DNA of 64,000 nt from an uncultured delta proteobacterium (lineage in GTDB: Bacteria > Myxococcota > Myxococcia > Myxococcales > Anaeromyxobacteraceae). This document shows, one piece after another, positions 53,730-61,757 of the stretch. The position numbers were made by a program, and so were the translations under genes. The stretch is from contig CAWJSR010000045.1 of the NCBI GenBank assembly GCA_963845515.1, positions 64,001 to 128,000 on the forward strand. Direction: 5' to 3'. Within the stretch, counting starts at the first letter, position 1, and each line of letters begins with the position of its first letter. The notes beneath the pieces are model-generated. The model was given only the letters and a program-made list of their open reading frames with translations, was not told the DNA's origin and did not search any database.

Positions 53730-53784
53730 CAAGTTGGGGGCCCGGCGATTCGGGCCATTACAAAACCCCTCTGGACCGTGGTAC

Positions 53785-53801
53785 AGCAAAGGTCGTGCCT
53801 A
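53785..53801 (-). promoter_or_regulatory. Sigma-54 -24/-12 site oriented opposite to the lptC-rpoN operon
   Basis: Minus strand TAGGCACGACCTTTGCT (GG-N10-GC). Confidence 0.7.
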
Positions 53802-53826
53802 GCACGTTGGCACGATAAAGAGCGCC

Positions 53827-54373
53827 ATGGTTCTGAGGAGTTCCATTCACATTTCGGGATGGATTCTAGCGGTTTGGGCCGCAGCCCTCACGGGTTGTTC
53901 GCAGCCCAGGACCGCCGAGGACCGCAGTGCCGTGCCCGAGCTTCGGCTCGAAGGGGTGCGGTTCCGGCTCTTCCGGGGCGACGCTGCTTCGTGCTGAGGG
54001 CACCGCCTCCGCAGTGACCTACCTGCGCGAGACCACCGCGCTGAGCGCGGCCGACCTCGCCCTTCGCCTGCACGAGCGGCAGGACGTCGTCCTGCTCACC
54101 TCGCCCGCGGCTGACGGCGTGGTCTCGACGCGTACCTTCCAGGCGGGAGGCGGGCTGCGCGCGGTACGCGGCACGGACACCGCCGTGACCGATTCGGCTC
54201 GCTTCGATCCCGCCGCGGGGAAGGATGGTCAGGTGGTCGGCGACCTTCCCGTGGAGCTCGCCGGGCGCGGCTACCGGCTTCGCGGCAACGGCTTCACGCT
54301 CGACCCGGCCGTGGGGCAGATCGCGCTGCGCGGCGGCACGCGGCTCGTCGCCGGGCTCCAGGGGGCGCGGTGA
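53827..54373 (+). CDS. lptC: LptC-like LPS export protein, +1 frameshift near 53980-53990
   Basis: MVLRSS...AALTGC...[16 protein letters not shown], continuing in the next frame LRAEGTA...GYRLRGNGF. Syntenic upstream of lptA/lptB. Confidence 0.65.
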
Positions 54374-54858
54374 GCCTCGTGGTCGCCAGCCTCCTGCTCG
54401 CGCTCGGCGCGGAGCCGGCCGCCGTCAGGCGTCCCCCCGTCCGCATAGACGCGGAGGAGGTCCGGTACAGCTACAAGGAGCGGACCGTCACGTTCGTGGG
54501 CAAGCCCACCGTCAAGCTCACGCGCGAGGACGCGACCCTCCTCTGCAGCCAGGTGGTCGGCGAGAACGACGCAGACGGGAAGATCGTCCGCGCCACCTGC
54601 ACCGGCGACGTGAAGCTCGTGCGTGGGACGCGGATCGTGACCTGCGGGTCGGCGGTCTTCGTCGAGGCCTCGGCCCTCGTCACCTGCCGCGGTGCCTCGG
54701 GGCGGCCGGTGCTGCTGACCGACGGCCCGTCCACGGTGGCCGGCCAGGAGCTGGTCTACGACCTCGACCGGGACCTCGTGACCCTCCGAGGCCAGGTGGT
54801 CGGCGACATCGTCCCGCAGGGGAACCTCCAGCCGCGCCGCAGGGAGGGGAAGCGATGA
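54370..54858 (+). CDS. lptA: LptA/OstA-like periplasmic LPS transport protein
   Basis: Signal peptide, [14 protein letters not shown] jelly-roll pattern, position before lptB. Confidence 0.75.
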   Translation: MSLVVASLLLALGAEPAAVRRPPVRIDAEEVRYSYKERTVTFVGKPTVKLTREDATLLCSQVVGENDADGKIVRATCTGDVKLVRGTRIVTCGSAVFVEASALVTCRGASGRPVLLTDGPSTVAGQELVYDLDRDLVTLRGQVVGDIVPQGNLQPRRREGKR

Positions 54859-55595
54859 GCGGCCCACTGCTCCAGGCCCGCGGGCTCGAGAAGAGCTACC
54901 GCCGCCGCAAGGTGGTCCAGGGGGTCTCGTTCGAGGTGGCCCCGGGCGAGGTGGTCGGGCTCCTCGGGCCCAACGGCGCCGGCAAGACGACCAGCTTCAA
55001 CATGGTGGTCGGGCTCGTGCAGCCCGAGGCCGGGAAGGTCCTCCTCGGCGACCTGGATCTCACGCGCCTTCCCATGCACCGGCGGGCGCGGCTCGGGGTC
55101 GGGTACCTCCCGCAGGAGGCCTCGATCTTCCGGAAGCTCACCGTCCGGCAGAACTTCACCGGCGTGCTCGAGGCGCTCGGCGTCGCGAAGAAGGAGCGGG
55201 AGGCGCGCGCGGACGCCCTCCTGGCCGAGTACCGGCTCGAGAAGGTGGCCGACAGCCTCGGCGAGACCCTCTCCGGCGGCGAGCGGCGGCGTGCCGAGGT
55301 GGCGCGGAGCCTCCTCTCGAACCCGCGCTTCATCCTCTTCGACGAGCCCTTCGCCGGCGTCGACCCGATCGCCGTCGGAGAGCTGCAGCGGCTCATCGGG
55401 GGGCTCCGCGATCGCGGGATCGGCGTCCTCATCACAGACCACAACGTGCGGGAGGCGCTCGGCATCTGTGGCCGGGCCTACATCCTCTCGGCGGGATCGA
55501 TCCTCGAGGCCGGGACACCGGCCGAGATCGCGTCGAGCGCGAAGGCGCGTGCGGTCTACCTCGGCGACAAGTTCCGCCTCGAAGACGCGAGCTAG
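54855..55595 (+). CDS. lptB: LPS export ABC ATPase
   Basis: [44 protein letters not shown]. Confidence 0.96.
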   Translation: MSGPLLQARGLEKSYRRRKVVQGVSFEVAPGEVVGLLGPNGAGKTTSFNMVVGLVQPEAGKVLLGDLDLTRLPMHRRARLGVGYLPQEASIFRKLTVRQNFTGVLEALGVAKKEREARADALLAEYRLEKVADSLGETLSGGERRRAEVARSLLSNPRFILFDEPFAGVDPIAVGELQRLIGGLRDRGIGVLITDHNVREALGICGRAYILSAGSILEAGTPAEIASSAKARAVYLGDKFRLEDAS

Positions 55596-55610
55596 CGGAG
55601 AAGGACAGGA

Positions 55611-57116
55611 ATGGCGCTCGAGCTGAAACAACACCTCCGGATGTCGCAGCAGCTGGTCATGACCCCCCAGCTGCAGCAGGCGATCAAGCTCCTCCAGCTC
55701 TCGAGGATGGAGCTGGTCGACCTCGTCCAGACGGAGATGACCGAGAACCCCCTCCTGGAGGCCCCGGAGGAGGGCGAGGAGGAGTCTGCCGCCCAGGCCG
55801 CCAGCCCCGCGGAGGCCGCCGAGATCGACTCCCAGCCGCTCCCCAAGGAGTCGGACCGCTCCGAGGAGGTCAAGGGCGAGGAGGGGGCCAACGAGATCGA
55901 CTGGGACCAGTACCTCGACCACTACCAGCTCCAGGGCCACACCGCCCCGTCCAACCGCGGCCTCCTGGACGAGGACCTCCCGGGCTACGAGGCGACGCTC
56001 TCCAAGAAGACCGATCTCGTCGACCACCTGGTCTGGCAGCTGCGGCTCTCCAACTTCACGCCGGAGGAGGAGCAGGTCGCGATGCTCGTCATCGGCAACC
56101 TCGACGACGCCGGCTACCTCAAGATGCCGGCGGTCGAAGGTGAGGCCGAGGACTCCGCGCCTCGCGATCCGCTCGTCCGCATCGCCTTCGAGGCGGCCGT
56201 GGGGATCGAGTTCGCCGAGTCGGTCCTGAAGAAGGTGCAGACCTTCGACCCGATCGGCATCGCCGCGCGCGACCTCCGCGAGTGCCTCATGCTCCAGGTC
56301 CGGTACATCAACGCCGACACCCCGGAGATCGTGGCGATCATCGAGCGCCACCTGAAGCACCTCGAGACCAAGAACTACCAGGCGATCGTCAAGGACCTGA
56401 AGATCCCGGTCGAGGAGGTGGTGAAGGCGGTCCGCGTCATCAGCCGCCTGGATCCCAAGCCGGGCCGCGCGTACACCGGCGAGGACGCGCAGTACATCAC
56501 GCCGGACGTCTACATCCACAAGATGGGCGACCGCTACGTGGTGGTGCTGAACGACGACGGCCTCTCCAAGCTGCGCATCTCGAACACCTACCGGCAGGCG
56601 CTCAAGACCGGCCAGGCGGGGCAGGCCAAGGAGTACATCCAGGACAAGCTCCGGTCCGCGGTCTGGCTCATCCGGTCGATCCACCAGCGGCAGCGGACCA
56701 TCTTCAAGGTCACCGAGTCGATCGTGAAGTTCCAGCGGGACTTCCTCGAGAAGGGGATCGCCCACCTGAAGCCGCTGATCCTCCGCGACGTCGCCGAGGA
56801 CATCGGGATGCACGAGTCCACCGTCTCGCGCGTGACGACCAACAAGTACGTCCACACCCCCCAGGGGATCTTCGAGCTCAAGTTCTTCTTCAACTCGGGG
56901 GTCGGCAAGACCGGCGGAGACGAGATCGCGAGCGAGGCGGTCAAGGACTACATGAAGAAGATCGTGGCCCAGGAGGATCCCAAGAAGCCGCTCTCCGACC
57001 AGCAGATCGTAGAGCAGCTCGCGAAGCAGGGGATCGAGATCGCCCGGCGGACAGTGGCCAAGTACCGCGAGGTACTGGGGGTTCTTCCCTCGTCCAAGCG
57101 CAAGAAGTACTTCTGA
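55611..57116 (+). CDS. rpoN: RNA polymerase sigma-54 factor
   Basis: MTPQLQQAIKLLQL, HESTVSR, RpoN box ARRTVAKYR. Confidence 0.98.
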   Translation: MALELKQHLRMSQQLVMTPQLQQAIKLLQLSRMELVDLVQTEMTENPLLEAPEEGEEESAAQAASPAEAAEIDSQPLPKESDRSEEVKGEEGANEIDWDQYLDHYQLQGHTAPSNRGLLDEDLPGYEATLSKKTDLVDHLVWQLRLSNFTPEEEQVAMLVIGNLDDAGYLKMPAVEGEAEDSAPRDPLVRIAFEAAVGIEFAESVLKKVQTFDPIGIAARDLRECLMLQVRYINADTPEIVAIIERHLKHLETKNYQAIVKDLKIPVEEVVKAVRVISRLDPKPGRAYTGEDAQYITPDVYIHKMGDRYVVVLNDDGLSKLRISNTYRQALKTGQAGQAKEYIQDKLRSAVWLIRSIHQRQRTIFKVTESIVKFQRDFLEKGIAHLKPLILRDVAEDIGMHESTVSRVTTNKYVHTPQGIFELKFFFNSGVGKTGGDEIASEAVKDYMKKIVAQEDPKKPLSDQQIVEQLAKQGIEIARRTVAKYREVLGVLPSSKRKKYF

Positions 57117-57364
57117 CGGTCGGGGCCTGCAGCCCCCCCTCCGCTGGCGGAGCCCGCAGTGGCCTCCCCCTCCGCAGCTCTTCGCTGGAGTCCCTCCCTC
57201 CGATTCTACGGGTTGTGGCGGGATCGCGGGGCGGCGGAGGGCTATAGTGAGAACCAAGCATGTTGCCCTCGGCGGCATCGAAGTCGGCCGCGGTCCCCCA
57301 GGGAGTCACTCCCCTGCAGGCCGCGGCCGATGCATTTTCAGCAGTCCTCGCAAGGAGGCGGTTC

Positions 57365-57913
57365 ATGCAGCTGAACATCACCTTCCGGCATCTCGAGCCC
57401 ACCGAAGCCCTCAAGAGCCACGTCCGTGGCCGCGTCGAGCACGTCCAGCGCTACATCGACAGGCCAACGGAGGCCCATGCGGTGCTCCATGTCGAGAACC
57501 TCCACCACCACGCGGAGATAACGATGAAGGCGGGGCGCTACCTGCTCCGCGGCACGGCGAAGTCGCAGGACATGTACGCGTCGATCGACGCCGCCGCCGA
57601 GAAGATCGAGCGGCAGCTCATGAAGCACCGGGAGCGGATCCAGGACCGCCGGACCGCCGCCCGCGAGTTCGAGCCCGTCGAGGTCCGCCACGACGTCCTC
57701 GACGTGCTCGACCAGTCGGGCAAGGCGAGCCACAAGGTCGTCAAGAGCGAGCAGTTCCAGGCGAGGCAGATGTCGGTGGACGAGGCGGTGGTGCAGCTCG
57801 AGCTGATGGACGCGAAGTTCTTCGTGTTCCAGAACGCGAAGGACGGCGCGGTCAACGTGGTCTTCAGGCGCGACGACGGCAACGTCGGCCTGATCGAGAC
57901 CAGGACGAGCTAG
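57365..57913 (+). CDS. hpf: Ribosome hibernation promoting factor (long HPF/RaiA)
   Basis: MQLNITFRH, DMYASID...KIERQL, C-terminal MSVDEAVVQLEL...NVVFRRDDGNVGLI. Confidence 0.93.
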   Translation: MQLNITFRHLEPTEALKSHVRGRVEHVQRYIDRPTEAHAVLHVENLHHHAEITMKAGRYLLRGTAKSQDMYASIDAAAEKIERQLMKHRERIQDRRTAAREFEPVEVRHDVLDVLDQSGKASHKVVKSEQFQARQMSVDEAVVQLELMDAKFFVFQNAKDGAVNVVFRRDDGNVGLIETRTS

Positions 57914-57928
57914 GCGCCCGCGATATCT

Positions 57929-57964
57929 CCCTCTCCCCCGTCCCTCCCTCGACGAGGGAGAGGG
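57929..57964. repeat. REP-like palindromic repeat (partial)
   Basis: CCCTCTCCCCCGTC...GACGAGGGAGAGGG. Confidence 0.6.
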
Positions 57965-58039
57965 TAGCGGCGCCGGGCGATGCCACCGCCGCTCCTTGCC
58001 GTCCCGACGGCACCCATGTAAGAACGACCGACAGGTGCC

Positions 58040-58498
58040 ATGAAGATCGTCGAGTTCCTCCGGCCGGACGCAGTCATCGCCACCCTCGGCGGAACGACGG
58101 CCCAGGCTGCGCTCGCCGAGCTCTGCCGCCCCCTCGGCGCGTCCTACAAGCTCGAGCCGCAGCGGCTGCTCGAGACCCTGCTCGACCGCGAGAAGCTCGG
58201 CTCCACGGGCATCGGCGAGGGCGTCGCCATCCCACACGGGAAGGTGGCGGGGCTGCCGGCGCTGATCGCGAGCTTCGGACGATCGCAGCAGGGGATCGAC
58301 TTCCGCGCCATCGACGGAAAGCCGACGCACCTCTTCTTCGCGCTGGTCGCGCCCGAGAACAGCGCTGGCGCGCACCTCAAGGCGCTCGCGCGCATCAGCC
58401 GGATCTTCAAGAACCCCTCCTTCCGGGAGGCGATCATGAAGGCGGCGGGCGCCGACGAGATCTTCCGGCTCATCGAGGCAGAGGACGGCCGGTACTAG
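58040..58498 (+). CDS. ptsN: PTS IIA(Ntr)-type protein
   Basis: REKLGSTGIGEGVAIPHGK, HLKALARISR. Confidence 0.93.
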   Translation: MKIVEFLRPDAVIATLGGTTAQAALAELCRPLGASYKLEPQRLLETLLDREKLGSTGIGEGVAIPHGKVAGLPALIASFGRSQQGIDFRAIDGKPTHLFFALVAPENSAGAHLKALARISRIFKNPSFREAIMKAAGADEIFRLIEAEDGRY

Positions 58499-58525
58499 GT
58501 CCACGAAGGTGAAGGAGATCGTGCC

Positions 58526-58750
58526 TTGAAAGACGTGGTGCGAATCGACTGCTCCGGGATGCGGTGTCCGCAGCCCGTCCTCAAGCTCGCGGTGGAGACC
58601 GCGGACACGCCGGTCGGCACCATCGTGGAGATCCTCGGCGACTGCCCGACCTTCGAGAAGGACATCCGCACCTTCTGCGATCGGCGGCGCAAGACCCTCC
58701 TCTCGGTCCGCCCTGACGGGGCGAAGACGGTAATCCAGATACAGTATTGA
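58526..58750 (+). CDS. TusA/SirA-family sulfur carrier
   Basis: IDCSGMRCPQP (CPxP), RBS GAAGGAG, TTG start. Confidence 0.88.
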   Translation: MKDVVRIDCSGMRCPQPVLKLAVETADTPVGTIVEILGDCPTFEKDIRTFCDRRRKTLLSVRPDGAKTVIQIQY

Positions 58751-58754
58751 GCGT

Positions 58755-60302
58755 TTGAGCGAACGGTCCACGAGCAGGGGGGAAGGCGCCGGCGAACGCG
58801 TCGGGCTATTCCTCTGCCGCTGCGGCGAGAACCTCGGCCGGATCGTCGGCGTGGACGAGCTCTCCGCGCCGTCGCGCTGGCCTGGGGCCGCCTTCGTGGG
58901 CGTCCACGGGCTCCTCTGCGCGCCGGAGGGGGTGGCCTGGCTCCGCGAGCGGATCCGCGAGCAGGGGCTGGATCGCGCCGTGATCGGCGCGTGCTCCCCG
59001 CGAGAGCACGAGGCCACGTTCCGCCGGGCCGCCGCCGACGCCGGGATCTCGCCGTGGCTCGTCCAGCTAGTGAACCTGAGAGAGCAGGTCGAGTGGGTGG
59101 GTGGCGATCCTGCGGCGGCGACGGCGCGAGCGGAGCGGCTCGTTCGGGCAGGGCTCGCACGCGTGCTGCTCCACCGCGACCTGCCGCGGCGCGAGGTCGA
59201 GGCGTCCCCGGACGTCGTGGTGATCGGCGCGGGGGCGGCTGGCCTCTCCGCGGCGCGCTCGCTCGCCGGACGCGGGCGGCGGGTCGCGCTCGTCGAGCGC
59301 AGCTTCGCGCTCGGCGGGTTTGCGGCCCGGACCGGCGCGCCCCTCCCCGACGGCGCGTGCGGTAGCTGCGTCGTCTCCCCCGTGATCGACGAGCTCCTCC
59401 ACCACCCGGCCGTCGACGTCCTGATGGGGGCGGAGGTCACCGCAGTGCGCGGCTCCTTCGGCCGCTTCGACGTCGAGGTGAGGCGCAGGGCGCGCTTCGT
59501 GGACCCGGAGCGCTGCCTCGGCTGCCCCGCCTGCGTGGAGGCCTGCCCCGTCGAGCGGCCGGACGCGGGCGAGGGTGGCGCCGCTCTCCGGCGCGCCATC
59601 AGCCTGCCCTGGGAGGGCTGCCTCCCGCACGTCCCCGCGATCGATCCGGAGCGGTGCACCGCCCTGCAGGGCGGCGCCTGCCGCGCCTGCGCCGACGCGT
59701 GCGCCGTGGACGCCGTTCGGCTCGACGAGGCGGCCCGGGTCCAGGTGCTCCTCGTGGGGGCCATCGTCGTAGCCACCGGGTCGATCCCGGAACCCGCCCC
59801 GGGGCCGCCACGGGAGCGCCCCGCCGAGGGGAGCGGCGCGCTCGCGGGGATGCTCCGAATCGGCGTGGCGGACGACGGGTTCCTGGACGACGCCGGGCCG
59901 AGCTACTTCGAGCCCACGGCCACGCGCGCGCCCGGCGTCTTCGTCGCCGGCGCGGCCGCGGGGCCGCGCAGCCTGCGCGCCGCCATCCGCGACGGTGTGG
60001 CCGTGGCCGGCCGGATCCTCTCCGAGCTGCAGCCCGGCGTGAAGCTGCTCGTCGAGCCGCTCGCGGCAGAGGTCGACGGCCTGCGCTGCTGCGGCTGCGG
60101 CGCCTGCGTCACGAGCTGCGCCTTCGGGGCCGTCCGGCGCGATCCCCAGACCGGCAAGGCGCTGGTGGAGCCGCTCCACTGCCGCGCGTGCGGGAGCTGC
60201 GCGGCCGGCTGCCCCACCGGGGCGATGCGCGCTCCCCACTACACCCGGGAGCAGCTCGCCGCCGAGATCACCGCCCTCCTCGCGCAGGAGGGCCGCCCGT
60301 GA
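58755..60302 (+). CDS. Heterodisulfide-reductase subunit A-like iron-sulfur flavoprotein, internally deleted
   Basis: CRCGEN, ACSPREHE, NLREQ, GAGAAG FAD motif, inserted and C-terminal 2x[4Fe-4S] ferredoxins, GVFVAG. 515 aa with no CVGSR/CSxxCC segment. Confidence 0.85.
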   Translation: MSERSTSRGEGAGERVGLFLCRCGENLGRIVGVDELSAPSRWPGAAFVGVHGLLCAPEGVAWLRERIREQGLDRAVIGACSPREHEATFRRAAADAGISPWLVQLVNLREQVEWVGGDPAAATARAERLVRAGLARVLLHRDLPRREVEASPDVVVIGAGAAGLSAARSLAGRGRRVALVERSFALGGFAARTGAPLPDGACGSCVVSPVIDELLHHPAVDVLMGAEVTAVRGSFGRFDVEVRRRARFVDPERCLGCPACVEACPVERPDAGEGGAALRRAISLPWEGCLPHVPAIDPERCTALQGGACRACADACAVDAVRLDEAARVQVLLVGAIVVATGSIPEPAPGPPRERPAEGSGALAGMLRIGVADDGFLDDAGPSYFEPTATRAPGVFVAGAAAGPRSLRAAIRDGVAVAGRILSELQPGVKLLVEPLAAEVDGLRCCGCGACVTSCAFGAVRRDPQTGKALVEPLHCRACGSCAAGCPTGAMRAPHYTREQLAAEITALLAQEGRP

Positions 60303-61756
60303 GCGCCGGCGAGCCACGGATCGTCGCGTTCCTGTGCGAGGCGTGCGCGTACGCCGCCGCCGACGACGCAGGGCGCGGCAGGCACGAGCACCCCCACTCG
60401 CCGCTCGCGATCAGGGTCGTGTGCACGAGCCGGGTCGAGCCGTCGCTGGTCGTCCAGGCGCTCCGCGAAGGGGCCGACGGCGTGCTCGTCGGCGGCTGCC
60501 ATCCGGGCGACTGCAAGTTCGTGGACGGGAACCTCCGGGCGGCCGCGCGCATGACCCTGCTCGGCCGCGCGCTCGCGCAGGCGGGCCACGCGCCAGAGCG
60601 GGTCCGGGTGGAGTGGATCGGGGCGAACGAGGGGGAGAGGTTCGCGCGAGTGGTCCGCGAGCTCTCGGAGACGCTCCGGTCGCTCCCGCCCCTGGAGAAG
60701 GAGAGCTCGCCCCCTCACCCTGCCCTCTCCCCCGGTGGGGGAGAGGGGACGATTCCGTGGAGGGGCTTCTCCCACGGTGGGGGAGAGGGGAGAGACCCGG
60801 GCGGCCGGCCCCGGATCGCCTTCTACTGGAACGCCTCCTGCGGCGGCTGCGAGGAGGCCGTCATCGATCTCGGCGAGGGGCTCCCCCGGCTGATGCAGCG
60901 GGCGGAGGTGGTCCTCTGGCCGGCCGCCATCGACGCCAAGCGTGCGGACGTCGAGGCGCTGCCGGATGGCTCCATCGACGTGGCGTTCGTGAACGGGGCG
61001 GTCCGCCTCGACGAGCAGGCGGAGTGGGCGCACCTGCTGCGGCGAAAGTCGCGGCGGCTGGTCGCCTTCGGCGCCTGCGCGCAGCTCGGCGGCATCGTCG
61101 GGCTCGGCGACCTCGACGGCCCCGAGGCGATCCTGGAGGCGGCGTACGGCCACGGCGTGGCGTCGGTCTCAAACCCCGGTGCGCCCGGGGCCGCCGCGAG
61201 TGGCGACGCCATCCCGCTCCCGACGCTGCTCCCCCGCACGCTTCCGCTCGACCGCGTCGTCCCGGTCGACGCCGTCATCCCCGGCTGCCCGCCCTCGCCG
61301 ACGATAGTCGAGCGGGCGATCGCCGCGCTCCTCTCGGACTCCCCGCCGGGCGGGGGGATGGTCCTCGCCCCCGACGCATCGCTCTGCGAGACGTGCCCGC
61401 TGCGGGACAGCCGCCCGGAGCGGCCGGAGCTTCGCGCGCTGCGCCGGCTCGCGACCGAGGTGCCCGAGCCCGGGCGGTGCTTCCTCGCGCAGGGGATCTC
61501 CTGCTCCGGTCCGGCGACCCGGCAAGGATGCCAGCCGGGCTGCGTGGAGGTGGGGATGCCATGCCGCGGCTGCTTCGGCCCCGTCTCCGGCGCCGGTGAC
61601 GAAGGTGCGGCCACCCTGGCGACGTTCGGCTCGCTCCTGTGCGGAGCCGCCGGTGAGCGCGAGGCGCTGGCCGCGGCCCTGCCGGACCCGGCCGGCACCT
61701 TCTGGCGCTACGGCTGGGCGGCCGGGATGCCCGCGCGCCCGAAGCGGGGTGGCTAG
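60299..61756 (+). CDS. Fusion of MvhD ([2Fe-2S]) and MvhG-type [NiFe]-hydrogenase small subunit
   Basis: IVAFLCEAC...VCTSRV...GCHPGDC (MvhD), then SCGGCE, FGACA, PGCPP, CETC, CFL...CSGP...C...CRGCFGP (MvhG) in one frame. Confidence 0.88.
   Translation: MSAGEPRIVAFLCEACAYAAADDAGRGRHEHPHSPLAIRVVCTSRVEPSLVVQALREGADGVLVGGCHPGDCKFVDGNLRAAARMTLLGRALAQAGHAPERVRVEWIGANEGERFARVVRELSETLRSLPPLEKESSPPHPALSPGGGEGTIPWRGFSHGGGEGRDPGGRPRIAFYWNASCGGCEEAVIDLGEGLPRLMQRAEVVLWPAAIDAKRADVEALPDGSIDVAFVNGAVRLDEQAEWAHLLRRKSRRLVAFGACAQLGGIVGLGDLDGPEAILEAAYGHGVASVSNPGAPGAAASGDAIPLPTLLPRTLPLDRVVPVDAVIPGCPPSPTIVERAIAALLSDSPPGGGMVLAPDASLCETCPLRDSRPERPELRALRRLATEVPEPGRCFLAQGISCSGPATRQGCQPGCVEVGMPCRGCFGPVSGAGDEGAATLATFGSLLCGAAGEREALAAALPDPAGTFWRYGWAAGMPARPKRGG
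60710..60790 (+). repeat. Two REP-like palindromes inside the coding linker of the MvhD-G fusion
   Basis: CCCCCTCACCCTGCCCTCTCCCCCGGTGGGGGAGAGGGG and CTTCTCCCACGGTGGGGGAGAGGGG, nearly identical to the copy at 11319. Confidence 0.8.
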
Positions 61757-61757
61757 G

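Noticed and set aside
53808..53824. Plus-strand TGGCACG as a sigma-54 promoter for lptC
   Set aside because: The GC lies 11 nt after GG rather than 10, there is no TTGC, and it is too close to the start codon.
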